A DNA stretch of 35,227 nucleotides from a virus (IMGVR_UViG_2778261451_000005), one strand, 5' to 3'. Positions 1-8,841 are shown, counted from the stretch's first letter. Made by a program: numbers and translations. The notes: generated by a model not told the origin, from the letters alone.

Positions 1-318
1 ATGAAAAAGATAGCTGCTATATCATTAATTAGTATTTTTATTATGTCTGGTTGTGCTGTGCATAATGATGAGACAAGTATCGGTAAATTTGGTCTTGCAT
101 ATAAAAGTAATATTCAGCGTAAACTCGATAACCAATACTACACCGAAGCCGAAGCTTCTTTAGCCAGGGGCAGAATATCTGGTGCAGAAAATATAGTAAA
201 AAATGATGCAGCCCATTTCTGTGTTACTCAGGGCAAAAAAATGCAGATAGTTGACCTGAAGACAGAAGGTGCAGGATTACATGGCGTCGCTCGTCTGACA
301 TTCAAATGTGGAGAGTGA
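1..318 (+). CDS. Small lipoprotein (chromosomal flank, outside att)
   Basis: 105-aa ATG ORF with signal peptide and lipobox (IMSGC); lies on the bacterial side of attL; possibly the yegR-type ORF that neighbours this locus in E. coli (recalled, unverified). Confidence 0.6.
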   Translation: MKKIAAISLISIFIMSGCAVHNDETSIGKFGLAYKSNIQRKLDNQYYTEAEASLARGRISGAENIVKNDAAHFCVTQGKKMQIVDLKTEGAGLHGVARLTFKCGE

Positions 319-380
319 GAATATTTTTTGGTAAGCGTCAAACATGCGCGTTCTGGTTGTGCTTAGCCGGAACCTGTGCG

Positions 381-413
381 AGCACGATGCCGTTACGTGA
401 AAGGCATCGTGCT
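381..413. repeat. Perfect 11-bp stem hairpin (agcacgatgcc / ggcatcgtgct) with 11-nt loop
   Basis: Read directly from sequence; no U-tract follows, so function is unclear (terminator-like or protein binding site). Confidence 0.5.
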
Positions 414-430
414 ATGAAGGGAGATTCTAT

Positions 431-460
431 CGATGTGGTCAATGGAAGACGGTGACCAGG
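431..460. promoter_or_regulatory. Relic of a phage P-arm integrase arm-type site on the chromosomal side of attL
   Basis: cgatgtggtcaatg...gacggtgaccag closely matches the phage P arm at 33633..33660 (tcgatgtggtcaatgtgtggacgtgaccag) but lies outside the prophage. Confidence 0.45.
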
Positions 461-476
461 GATAGGGCTTATGCAT

Positions 477-503
477 AAAAAATAAGCCCGTGTAAGGGAG
501 ATT
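477..503. repeat. attL core (27 bp)
   Basis: Exact direct repeat of 33695..33721; matches the recalled P2 att core sequence. Confidence 0.9.
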
Positions 504-582
504 TAGGGTGTCACCAGTAGGGGCTTTCAACGGTACAATGCGGGTTTGAGCGGCATAAATTACCACTGAAAGCCCTTAAACG

Positions 583-1596
583 TTACTCTACTGTGGACAC
601 TGTGTGGACACTCTCGGCTTCAGTACCACCTCTTAGCGGATTAAGAGAAATGGCGTCCTGAAGGTACTCTGGCGCAAAATGAGCGTAAACCATAGTTTGC
701 TCAATCCGCGTGTGACCTAGTATCCGTTGTAGCGTGATAATACTTCCTCCATTAATCATGAAATGAGTGGCAAAGCTGTGCCTTAGTGCATGTGTGGCTT
801 GCCCCGTTGGCAAATCCGGTTTTATTGCTTTCATTGTTCGTCTGAAGCGAGGGTAATCAGCATCAGGGAATAAAAAACCTCGTTTGTTATCCGCGATCAT
901 TTTGGCAACAGCCTCTGAGATCGGGACGGTGCGTGGTTTGTTTGTTTTCGTTTTAACAAACGTGACGCGGTTATGGATGATATTTTCTGCTTTCAAACGA
1001 GCTGCTTCTCCCCAACGTGCTCCTGTACTCAGGCAAAGAATCGCAATCTTTTTATTGTCGCCGTCAAGTGCTGCAAGCAGTAAGGCAATTTCTTCCTGTG
1101 TGAGATAGCCTGTTTCTGGTTTTTCCTCCTTAAGCCTCTTTGTCCCTCTGATAGGGTGCTCACCAAAGAATAACTCCGCTTCAATCAGGGCTGTAAACAT
1201 GCCGCTAATACATGTTAAATCACGATTGATACTCGAAGGTTTAATACCCTGACTTCTTCGGGTGGCGCAGTACTGGCTGATAAGGGATTTCGTGATTTGA
1301 AATGCGCATGGGTCATTCGTTATTTTTGTGAAGATTTCAATTTTTCCAAGATTAGATTTCCCATGCTCTTCGTGTTTACCCTTTAAATCCCACCAGATCT
1401 GTGTCAGTTCCGACAGACGTCGTTTGTCTGTTGGTTTTGATAGCCATTCTTTATTGTGGTGGTTGTACAACGTGTATTTTTCGAAAGCGACAGCTTCGCT
1501 TTTCTTATCAAACTTCCTACGGATGCGTTTTCCGTTACGTCCAGTAGGGCGGATGTCCACTTCATATCGACCATCATCGAGTTTTTTGATTGCCAT
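583..1596 (-). CDS. int: Tyrosine integrase, P2 Int
   Basis: 337 aa, ATG start with GGAGGG SD; sequence essentially identical to recalled P2 integrase; adjacent to attL. Confidence 0.95.
   Translation of the reverse strand: MAIKKLDDGRYEVDIRPTGRNGKRIRRKFDKKSEAVAFEKYTLYNHHNKEWLSKPTDKRRLSELTQIWWDLKGKHEEHGKSNLGKIEIFTKITNDPCAFQITKSLISQYCATRRSQGIKPSSINRDLTCISGMFTALIEAELFFGEHPIRGTKRLKEEKPETGYLTQEEIALLLAALDGDNKKIAILCLSTGARWGEAARLKAENIIHNRVTFVKTKTNKPRTVPISEAVAKMIADNKRGFLFPDADYPRFRRTMKAIKPDLPTGQATHALRHSFATHFMINGGSIITLQRILGHTRIEQTMVYAHFAPEYLQDAISLNPLRGGTEAESVHTVSTVE
592..611. promoter_or_regulatory. P' arm-type Int binding repeats (TGTGGACAC x2, 11-bp period)
   Basis: Two direct repeats of tgtggacac one helical turn apart; same TGTGGnCA motif as the P-arm repeats near attR. 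Confidence 0.55.
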
Positions 1597-1711
1597 CAGA
1601 AAACCCTCCGAGTGGTACTTTTTTTTGCTACTACTAATCGCTTTTTTCGTGGTGGCTGAAATTTAGCCACCAATAGTAGGCACTTGTGATGAATATATTC
1701 ACGATAAATTG

Positions 1712-2011
1712 TTAACCAGTCTTTTGACCGGAGTGGGGCGACGTTGTTTCGTTTTGCCCAAAGTGTGCGAGAGCGGGCGCAATTTGCCCGGCTTCTGGAG
1801 CTACCTGATCAGTCATGAACCACAAAGTATATTTAGTAAATCTGGGATGTTGTAAGACCTTCATTATGGCTTCAACTCCAGCGTTTTTTGACCGGCTCTC
1901 ATAGCTCGAAAGTGAGCTGTAGGCTACACCAGTTAATTCACTGAATTCTTTACGGTTTAACCTTTCAGATTCACGGATTAGCTTCAACTTCTCCGAAACG
2001 TCTATTGACAT
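1712..2011 (-). CDS. C: Immunity repressor C
   Basis: 99 aa from ATG at 2011; C-terminal half matches recalled P2 C (…FTKYTLWFM…QIAPALAHFGQNETTSPHSGQKTG); divergent from cox. ORF-track start 2083 is a TTG extension. Confidence 0.88.
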   Translation of the reverse strand: MSIDVSEKLKLIRESERLNRKEFSELTGVAYSSLSSYESRSKNAGVEAIMKVLQHPRFTKYTLWFMTDQVAPEAGQIAPALAHFGQNETTSPHSGQKTG

Positions 2012-2132
2012 AATTACTCCGATTGCGTAATTTCTTGCTGATAGTGTGAAATGTTGCGCTTCTGGAGTTATCCTTTTAGGCAATAATTAGCCATTAGGAG
2101 CCATTAGAAGCACTAAGGGAGAATCGTAGCAG
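2012..2132. promoter_or_regulatory. Divergent Pc/Pe promoter-operator region of the lysis-lysogeny switch
   Basis: Position between divergent C and cox as in P2; contains a tandem 10-bp direct repeat agccattagg/agccattaga at 2089..2108; exact promoter hexamers not assigned. Confidence 0.5.
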
Positions 2133-2408
2133 ATGAATAGACAGCTTGTAAGCGTGACTGATGCCGTGCCTTATCAGGAGTTTGCAAAACTCATTGGTAA
2201 AACTCCAAGAGCTGTAAGGGGCATGATTGAGAAAGGGAAATTACCAGTTATTGAGATTACTGACCCTCAGTCAGTATCGGGGCGTGCTGGTGAATATTGG
2301 GTATACCTTCCGGCATGGAATAACGGACTAAAACTGGCTTATGAAAGCCGTCCTAAAGAGATTCGTGACGGCTGGTTGATGTGGTTAGGTCTCGGTGAAC
2401 CACGTTAA
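2133..2408 (+). CDS. cox: Cox (excisionase / transcriptional repressor of Pc)
   Basis: 91 aa; strong match to recalled P2 Cox (…YQEFAKLIGK…GRAGEYWVYLPAWNNGLKLAYESRPKEIRDGWLMWLGLGEPR). Confidence 0.93.
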   Translation: MNRQLVSVTDAVPYQEFAKLIGKTPRAVRGMIEKGKLPVIEITDPQSVSGRAGEYWVYLPAWNNGLKLAYESRPKEIRDGWLMWLGLGEPR

Positions 2409-2418
2409 GGAGAACCGT

Positions 2419-2589
2419 ATGAATGAGCCTCGTTGTATTGCTCAGTTATTGCGTAACGAAAGCCCCAGGGCGATTGACTTCACCATCACCCACGGGAAGG
2501 GACGCAAGGGAATCATTATCCGCACCAAAAAACAGAGTCCGTTAAAGAAGGCTCTGACCTTTCTGAAAAGCCGGAGGGGCTGGAAATGA
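2419..2589 (+). CDS. Small early protein (P2 orf78 position)
   Basis: ATG at 2419 preceded by TAAGGAG; 56 aa; conserved position between cox and B; ORF-track start 2395 is GTG. Confidence 0.6.
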   Translation: MNEPRCIAQLLRNESPRAIDFTITHGKGRKGIIIRTKKQSPLKKALTFLKSRRGWK

Positions 2590-3086
2590 CAGTGATGACG
2601 CTCAATCTCGTTGAAAAACAGCCAGCAACTATGCGCCGGATAATTGGTAAGCATCTTGCCGTTCCTCGCTGGCAGGAGACATGTGATTATTATAATCAGA
2701 TGATGGAGCGCGAACGGCTAACAGTTTGCTTTCATGCGCAGTTAAAACAACGTCACGCAACGATGCGTTTTGAAGAAATGAACGACGTCGAACGTGAACG
2801 GCTGGTTTGTGCAATTGATGAACTGCGTGGGGCATTCTCAAAACGCCGTCAGGTCGGTGCAAGTGAGTATGCATATATTAGTTTTTTAACAGTCAGTCAG
2901 CGTCGTACTTTATTTATGCATGCGGGATTGACAGAAAAAGAATTCAATCAGCCGTACTGGCGAATTAATGAAGAATCATGTTACTGGCGTGATGCTTTAT
3001 TCCGTGCATTACGTGAATTATTCAGTCTGTTTGAGTATGCACCGACAATTCTGACGTCGGTAAAACCAGAGCAATATCTGCATTAA
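2586..3086 (+). CDS. B: Replication protein B (helicase loading)
   Basis: 166 aa, same size and position as P2 B; ATG overlaps the upstream stop. Confidence 0.8.
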   Translation: MTVMTLNLVEKQPATMRRIIGKHLAVPRWQETCDYYNQMMERERLTVCFHAQLKQRHATMRFEEMNDVERERLVCAIDELRGAFSKRRQVGASEYAYISFLTVSQRRTLFMHAGLTEKEFNQPYWRINEESCYWRDALFRALRELFSLFEYAPTILTSVKPEQYLH

Positions 3087-3149
3087 GTAATTAACCAGAG
3101 TTTTTAACGCACTTAATCGTGCGGGGCTTCTTTTTGCCTGGAGAAAGTC

Positions 3150-3374
3150 ATGCATACAGTTTCTGAAAATCAGTGCGGTAAATACGCATTACTGCTGCAA
3201 CAGGCCAGAACCGAAGCACAGGCCGACGCTGCGACGCGCTTTTCTTCTCATCTTGACGCCATGATTCGCCACATCACAAAGGCGGAGTTATCCCGCGTGG
3301 AGATAGTCGAGCTGCTCAGTCAGGAGTCGGAAAAATTTCACAACATCGGATTGTCTCGCGGGGAGGTGCTTTGA
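3150..3374 (+). CDS. Early hypothetical protein (P2 orf80 position)
   Basis: 74 aa, ATG with GGAGAAAG SD; conserved position in P2 early operon. Confidence 0.65.
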   Translation: MHTVSENQCGKYALLLQQARTEAQADAATRFSSHLDAMIRHITKAELSRVEIVELLSQESEKFHNIGLSRGEVL

Positions 3375-3676
3375 TGTCCTGTTCTCATTCAGTTGTATTA
3401 CTGAACAATGCCTTAAAAATCGCCGTTATGAAAAATGGCGATTTGTCTCTTATTCAACTTGGTCTTGATAAAGAAAAACGCGAAATAACTGAATCTGTTA
3501 TCGCGATTTATCAGAGTGAATTAAACCTCCTGTCTGATGTGGTCAATTTACTTGTTAAACGCGCTGTATTTCACAAGCAAATTTCCTCCGTGGATGAACT
3601 GACGAAATTAACGACAGAAATCGCCAGCTATTGCGCTGATGAATTTAAAAAACTGAACGACAAAAGGAACTGGTAA
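3374..3676 (+). CDS. Early hypothetical protein (P2 orf81 position)
   Basis: ATG at 3374 overlapping upstream stop (ATGA); 100 aa. Confidence 0.65.
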   Translation: MSCSHSVVLLNNALKIAVMKNGDLSLIQLGLDKEKREITESVIAIYQSELNLLSDVVNLLVKRAVFHKQISSVDELTKLTTEIASYCADEFKKLNDKRNW

Positions 3677-3900
3677 TGCCGGACAACGTAGATTTTATTC
3701 AGGAACAACAGGCTGAATTACTGGAGCGCCAGATTAACGCGGCAAGGGTAAAACATTGTGGTGCTTCTGCGCTGGTTTGCGAAGAGTGTGACGCGCCAAT
3801 ACCTGCTGCCCGTCGTGCGGCTTATCCGTCAGCCACGCGTTGTGTTTCCTGTCAGTCAGTCTTTGAAGCAAAAAACAAACATTACCGGAGAACGGCATGA
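3676..3900 (+). CDS. TraR/DksA-type C4 zinc-finger protein (P2 orf82 position)
   Basis: 74 aa with CxxC…CxxC (CEECDAP…CVSCQ); translationally coupled to neighbours. Confidence 0.7.
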   Translation: MPDNVDFIQEQQAELLERQINAARVKHCGASALVCEECDAPIPAARRAAYPSATRCVSCQSVFEAKNKHYRRTA

Positions 3901-4172
3901 GTATTCGTATTGAAATTGGCGAACGTTATGTCGTTACCAGTGACAGCTTTCAGTTTATTCTCCACGAGAAAAAGAGAGCTGAAAGCGGTAAAAATGCCGG
4001 TCAGGAATGGCTGGCGGTAGTTGGTTATTACCCGAAATTAAGCCAGCTCGTTTCCGGCCTGATGCATCACGATATTCTGACCGGAAGCGCAAAATCTTTT
4101 GCTGATTTAAACGCGCAGGTTGAGCAACTCAGCAAGCGTTGTTCAGAGGCTTTTGGCTCACATGGCCGTTAA
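3897..4172 (+). CDS. Early hypothetical protein (P2 orf83 position)
   Basis: 91 aa; ATG overlaps upstream stop; ends inside the start of A. Confidence 0.6.
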   Translation: MSIRIEIGERYVVTSDSFQFILHEKKRAESGKNAGQEWLAVVGYYPKLSQLVSGLMHHDILTGSAKSFADLNAQVEQLSKRCSEAFGSHGR

Positions 4173-6447
4173 AGCCTCCGGGCATTTTGTCCCTCCGTCA
4201 GCATTTGCCGCAGGCACCGGTAAGACGTTTACCGGTGCTTATGCATGGAACGCGCCACGCGAGGCCGTCGGGCGCGAAAGACCCCTTACACGTGACGAGA
4301 TGCGTCAGGTGCAAGGTGTTTTATCCACGATTAACCGCCTGCCTTACTTTTTGCGCTCGCTGTTTACTTCACGCTATGACTACATCCGGCGCAATAAAAG
4401 CCCGGTGCACGGGTTTTATTTCCTCACATCCACTTTTCAGCGTCGTTTATGGCCGCGCATTGAGCGTGTGAATCAGCGCCATGAAATGAACACCGACGCG
4501 TCGTTACTGTTTCTGGCAGAGCGTGAGCACTATGCGCGCCTGCCGGGAATGAATGACAAGGAGCTGAAAAAGTTTGCCGCCCGTATCTCATCGCAGCTTT
4601 TCATAATGTATGAGGAACTCTGCGATGCCTGGGTGGATGCGCATGGCGAGAAAGAATCGCTGTTTACGGATGAGGCGCAGGCGCATCTGTATGGTCATGT
4701 TGCTGGCGCTGCACGTGCTTTCAATATTTCCCCGCTCTACTGGAAAAAATACCGTAAAGGACAGATGACCACGAGGCAGGCATATTCTGCCATTGCCCGT
4801 CTGTTTAACGATGAGTGGTGGACTCATCAGCTTAAAGGCCAGCGTATGCGCTGGCATGAGGCGTTACTGATTGCTGTCGGGGAGGTCAATAAAGACCGTT
4901 CTCCTTATGCCAGTAAACATGCCATTCGTGATGTGCGTGCACGCCGCCAGGCAAATCTGGAATTTCTTAAATCGTGTGACCTTGAAAACAGGGAAACCGG
5001 CGAGCGCATCGACCTTATCAGTAAGGTGATGGGCAGTATTTCTAATCCTGAAATTCGCCGGATGGAGCTGATGAACACCATTGCCGGTATTGAGCGTTAC
5101 GCCGCAGCAGAGGGTGATGTGGGGATGTTTATCACGCTGACCGCGCCGTCAAAGTATCACCCGACACGTCAGGTCAGAAAAGGCGAAAGTAAAACCGTCC
5201 AGCTAAATCACGGCTGGAACGATGAGGCATTTAATCCAAAGGATGCGCAGCGTTATCTCTGCCGTATCTGGAGCCTGATGCGCACGGCATTCAAGGATAA
5301 TGATTTACAGGTCTACGGTTTGCGTGTCGTCGAGCCACACCACGACGGAACGCCGCACTGGCATATGATGCTTTTTTGTAATCCGCGCCAGCGTAACCAG
5401 ATTATCGAAATCATGCGTCGCTATGCGCTCAAAGAGGATGGCGACGAAAGAGGAGCCGCGCGAAACCGTTTTCAGGCAAAACACCTTAATCGGGGCGGTG
5501 CTGCGGGGTATATCGCGAAATACATCTCAAAAAACATCGACGGCTATGCACTGGATGGTCAGCTCGATAACGATACCGGCAGACCTCTGAAAGATACTGC
5601 CGCGGCTGTTACTGCATGGGCGTCAACGTGGCGCATCCCGCAATTTAAAACGGTTGGTCTGCCGACAATGGGGGCTTACCGTGAACTACGCAAATTGCCG
5701 CGCGGTGTCAGCATTGCTGATGAGTTTGACGAGCGCGTCGAGGCTGCACGCGCCGCCGCAGACAGTGGTGATTTTGCGTTGTATATCAGCGCGCAGGGTG
5801 GGGCAAATGTCCCGCGCGATTGTCAGACTGTCAGGGTCGCCCGTAGCCCGTCGGATGACGTTAACGAGTACGAGGAAGAGGTCGAGAGAGTGGTCGGCAT
5901 TTACGCGCCGCATCTCGGCGCGCGTCATATTCATATCACCAGAACGACGGACTGGCGCATTGTGCCGAAAGCTCCGGTCGTTGAGCCTTTGACTTTAAAA
6001 AGCGGCATCGCCGCGCCTCGGAGTCCTGTCAATAACTGTGGAAAGCTCACCGGTGGTGATACTTCGTTACCGGCTCCCACACCTTCTGAGCACGCCGCAG
6101 CAGTGCTAAATCTGGTTGATGACGGTGTTATCGAATGGAATGACCCGGAGGTTGTGAGGACGCTCAGGGGTGCATTAAAACACGGCCTGAAAACACCAAA
6201 TCGTCAGCAAAGAAATGGAAGCCCGTTAAAACCACATGAAATAGCACCGTCGGCCAGACTGACCCGGTCGGAACGATTGCAAATTACCCGTATCCGCGTT
6301 GACCTCGCTCAGAACGGTATCAGGCCGCAACGATGGGAGCTTGAGGCGCTGGCGCGTGGCGCGACAGTAAATTATGACGGGAAAAAATTCACGTATCCGG
6401 TCGCTGATGAGTGGTCGGGATTCTCAACAGTAATGGAGTGGACATGA
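4162..6447 (+). CDS. A: Rolling-circle replication initiator (nickase) A
   Basis: 761 aa from ATG at 4162 (ORF-track start 4120 is TTG); large conserved P2 A homologue by size and position. Confidence 0.88.
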   Translation: MAVKASGHFVPPSAFAAGTGKTFTGAYAWNAPREAVGRERPLTRDEMRQVQGVLSTINRLPYFLRSLFTSRYDYIRRNKSPVHGFYFLTSTFQRRLWPRIERVNQRHEMNTDASLLFLAEREHYARLPGMNDKELKKFAARISSQLFIMYEELCDAWVDAHGEKESLFTDEAQAHLYGHVAGAARAFNISPLYWKKYRKGQMTTRQAYSAIARLFNDEWWTHQLKGQRMRWHEALLIAVGEVNKDRSPYASKHAIRDVRARRQANLEFLKSCDLENRETGERIDLISKVMGSISNPEIRRMELMNTIAGIERYAAAEGDVGMFITLTAPSKYHPTRQVRKGESKTVQLNHGWNDEAFNPKDAQRYLCRIWSLMRTAFKDNDLQVYGLRVVEPHHDGTPHWHMMLFCNPRQRNQIIEIMRRYALKEDGDERGAARNRFQAKHLNRGGAAGYIAKYISKNIDGYALDGQLDNDTGRPLKDTAAAVTAWASTWRIPQFKTVGLPTMGAYRELRKLPRGVSIADEFDERVEAARAAADSGDFALYISAQGGANVPRDCQTVRVARSPSDDVNEYEEEVERVVGIYAPHLGARHIHITRTTDWRIVPKAPVVEPLTLKSGIAAPRSPVNNCGKLTGGDTSLPAPTPSEHAAAVLNLVDDGVIEWNDPEVVRTLRGALKHGLKTPNRQQRNGSPLKPHEIAPSARLTRSERLQITRIRVDLAQNGIRPQRWELEALARGATVNYDGKKFTYPVADEWSGFSTVMEWT

Positions 6448-6899
6448 TGGCAAAAATTCACGAGGTAAAGCTGCACGCAAAATATTTCGACCTTGTGCTG
6501 GAAGGAAAGAAACGCGCAGAGTTTCGGAAAAATGACCGTAATTATGAGCGCGGGGACACGTTGATTTTGCATGAATGGGGGCAGGGTGTGTATACGGGGC
6601 GAAAGGTTGAAGCCCGGATAACAGATGTTACTGACCTGTCAGACTGGCTGGAAGATTATGTCTTGCTAAGTATTGAGCTGCTTAATACAGGCGCATATGA
6701 GATTGTGAACTGGAAAGAACTTAGTGAGCGTGGTCTGTTATTCAGAATTAATCATGAAATTATGCATAAGCTCGGCCTTGCTGTTATGTATGAACCAGAG
6801 ACGGGAATGTCTGGCGGGGCAATGGTTGCCACGGATGGAGCATGGAACTATTCAGATGAACAGATGGAGCGTGCACAGCAAAACGGGTGGCTTGGATAA
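6444..6899 (+). CDS. Hypothetical protein with ASCH/PUA-like (DUF3850-type) N-terminal region (P2 orf91 position)
   Basis: ATG overlaps A stop (ATGA); N-terminus KIHEVKLHAKYFDLVLEGKKRAEFRKNDRNYERGDTLILHEW resembles the DUF3850/ASCH pattern (from memory). Confidence 0.6.
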   Translation: MMAKIHEVKLHAKYFDLVLEGKKRAEFRKNDRNYERGDTLILHEWGQGVYTGRKVEARITDVTDLSDWLEDYVLLSIELLNTGAYEIVNWKELSERGLLFRINHEIMHKLGLAVMYEPETGMSGGAMVATDGAWNYSDEQMERAQQNGWLG

Positions 6900-7105
6900 T
6901 GCACAGAATACCAGGCGAGATACCGCACCATAAAACTAAAAATATCAAGCTGATTGCTATTGTTCAGCGTTTACAGCGGATTATGGTCAACGAAAATCTG
7001 ACGCCCGATGAGCTAGTCGGGTGTGCCGAAATAGTCCGGGATAATTACGGGCGGTTTAACTATATCGGTCAGTCCAGAGTTGCGCCACCACCACGCAGAC
7101 GATAG
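6899..7105 (+). CDS. Small hypothetical ORF (68 aa)
   Basis: ATG overlaps upstream stop; no recognisable motif; could be non-coding. Confidence 0.3.
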   Translation: MHRIPGEIPHHKTKNIKLIAIVQRLQRIMVNENLTPDELVGCAEIVRDNYGRFNYIGQSRVAPPPRRR

Positions 7106-7107
7106 AT

Positions 7108-7170
7108 AACGCCGCCAGTCGTGAAACTTGTTTTCAGGGCTGGCGGCGTTGAACAACGAGTGAAGCGAGG
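7108..7170. repeat. Copy 1 of a ~55-bp repeated element preceding cargo gene 1; contains an 11-bp perfect-stem hairpin
   Basis: aacgccgccag…ctggcggcgtt hairpin followed by gaacaacgagtgaagcgagg; about 75-80% identical (by eye) to 8086..8143. Confidence 0.7.
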
Positions 7171-7334
7171 CGTTAGTTGACATTCATATTTTTACTGCGT
7201 TGGTGCTGTTTTTTGACGGTTGAAAGGAGTTATCTCGGAGAGCTAAAGCTAACAACTTACAAATATTCAAAAGTAAGCTTCCTGTTGCTAACATAAGGTC
7301 GATTTTTTATGTGGATGATGCAAAAAGGATAGCT

Positions 7335-8066
7335 ATGGATACTATAATCGCTTTTCTATCACTCGCTTTTTTTGTTGCTTTTTTCATCGGGTTAATCAAG
7401 CCATCACTGGTGCGAATGCCAAGCCGCAAACGTGCAAGTGCGGTTTATCTCGGAGGAGGTTTTGTATTGAGCATAATTGGTTCAATACTCTATCCAACAG
7501 AAAAAAGCCAGCCAGTTGCTAAAACTGAAACATCAACCGTTGTAGAACACCAAGTCCAAAAAACATTCGAATATGGTGAAAAAACACTCAAGGAATATCG
7601 GAGCGAGCCAAAGAAAACTCGACACGATATTGTGAATAGTTACATTGACTTTAAGAAAGTTCCAGTCACCGCATCAGATGCATTTTATGCCTGCATGAGT
7701 GAGTATACATTTACCAAAGATGATGAGTTGAAACTCGGTGATGTTCTTGGGTGGTGCTTTAATGATTATGAAAATGACCCGAGTTCACTAAATAATAAAA
7801 TCAATCTTGATACATTTCAGAGTAATTTTAGTGGTTGGGATGGTTCTTATCGTCCATTGGAAAAACTAATTAAAGATAATATGAACGATGATTCATCTTA
7901 TAAACATGTATCAACGGTATATCATTTAGTTTTGAATAAAGACCCGCACGCCATTGTGAAAACGACGTTTCGCGGCACTAATGCTTATGGTGGCATGGTC
8001 AAACAGACTGTAGCAGCGCGAGTTGACGTGCGAACGGGTGAGATCGATTCAATACTCGACAATTAA
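7335..8066 (+). CDS. Cargo gene 1: membrane-anchored protein of unknown function (two N-terminal TM helices plus ~190-aa domain)
   Basis: ATG at 7335 with AAGGAT SD (ORF-track start 7311 is GTG); hydrophobic segments TIIAFLSLAFFVAFFIGLI and AVYLGGGFVLSIIGSILY separated by a basic loop; AT-rich; occupies the P2 tin/old position. Confidence 0.7.
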   Translation: MDTIIAFLSLAFFVAFFIGLIKPSLVRMPSRKRASAVYLGGGFVLSIIGSILYPTEKSQPVAKTETSTVVEHQVQKTFEYGEKTLKEYRSEPKKTRHDIVNSYIDFKKVPVTASDAFYACMSEYTFTKDDELKLGDVLGWCFNDYENDPSSLNNKINLDTFQSNFSGWDGSYRPLEKLIKDNMNDDSSYKHVSTVYHLVLNKDPHAIVKTTFRGTNAYGGMVKQTVAARVDVRTGEIDSILDN

Positions 8067-8085
8067 ATAATATAGTGACAGCTCC

Positions 8086-8143
8086 GTCAGTGATGAAACT
8101 TGCTTTTAGTCTTGGCGGGGTTGAGCAATGAGTCTTGCAAGGT
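8086..8143. repeat. Copy 2 of the ~55-bp repeated element, directly upstream of cargo gene 2
   Basis: cagtgatgaaacttgcttttagtcttggcggggttgagcaatgagtcttgcaagg aligns with 7115..7170. Confidence 0.7.
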
Positions 8144-8149
8144 GTTAGC

Positions 8150-8806
8150 ATGCGTAGAATGGAAGCTGCTTGGACGTGGGGTATTCATATGAATTTAAAA
8201 ATTTTCGGCATAATTGTCCTTTCTGCTTTGATGTTCGTTTTAGGTTTTTTTCTCGGTGGTTTTAATTGGGAATGGGCTGATAAGAATTATGCAGGTGAGG
8301 TGGCGTTGTGGAGTATGTTAGGAGGGTGGTTATCCGCAATTGCAACTCTGTTTGCCGTGTTGGTTTCATTATATATGGCGTATCAAGCTACTCAGAATGA
8401 GATTGAAAAAATCAGGGTTACTCATGGAGTAAGTATGAGTGTCACTCATGACAATGAGTTAAGTTGTAATCTCATTATTCAGAACTTGAGAAATATGAAA
8501 GTGAATATTACTGGTGTTTTTTTGTCTCTAGGTAAATCATCAGGTAAGTACTCTTTGGATAAAGTAATTGACAATCGTAATATAACGCTTTCATATAAAG
8601 GTGAAACAGAAAAGGTACAATTTGTAATCCATTCTGGGTATATTTGGTGGTCAATGTATAAATTATTCGATATGGATAAGAACATAGGTTTTGAAAAGGG
8701 TAAGATCTTTATAACAACCAACCTCAATACATATGAATTTGATTTGCCAAAAGAATATTTAAGAGCTTTTGAGAAAGCTTATTCGGAGTATCAGACAAAA
8801 AAATAA
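8150..8806 (+). CDS. Cargo gene 2: membrane-anchored protein of unknown function (two N-terminal TM helices plus ~130-aa domain)
   Basis: ATG at 8150 preceded by AAGGTG (ORF-track start 8135 is TTG); hydrophobic segments IFGIIVLSALMFVLGFFLGGF and LWSMLGGWLSAIATLFAVLVSLYMAY; strongly AT-rich. Confidence 0.7.
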   Translation: MRRMEAAWTWGIHMNLKIFGIIVLSALMFVLGFFLGGFNWEWADKNYAGEVALWSMLGGWLSAIATLFAVLVSLYMAYQATQNEIEKIRVTHGVSMSVTHDNELSCNLIIQNLRNMKVNITGVFLSLGKSSGKYSLDKVIDNRNITLSYKGETEKVQFVIHSGYIWWSMYKLFDMDKNIGFEKGKIFITTNLNTYEFDLPKEYLRAFEKAYSEYQTKK

Positions 8807-8812
8807 TGAGCT

Positions 8813-8841
8813 GCATGCAAAAGGTGCATGTTTTTGCATGT
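8813..8841 (+). terminator. Hairpin downstream of cargo gene 2 (putative terminator)
   Basis: catgcaaaa / ttttgcatg stem with 9-nt loop just after the stop; U-tract is not canonical. Confidence 0.35.

Noticed and set aside
1-318. Lipoprotein gene as prophage cargo
   Set aside because: It lies outside the att core on the chromosomal side, so it is treated as host flank.
4120-4161. Upstream TTG/GTG-extended starts proposed by the ORF track for A (and likewise for C, L, O, P, orf78, V, X)
   Set aside because: The downstream ATG reproduces the known P2 protein N-terminus and length in each case and has a better Shine-Dalgarno.
7177-7182. TTGACA hexamer as the -35 of a promoter for cargo gene 1
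   Set aside because: No acceptable -10 hexamer at 16-18 bp spacing, so the match is probably fortuitous.
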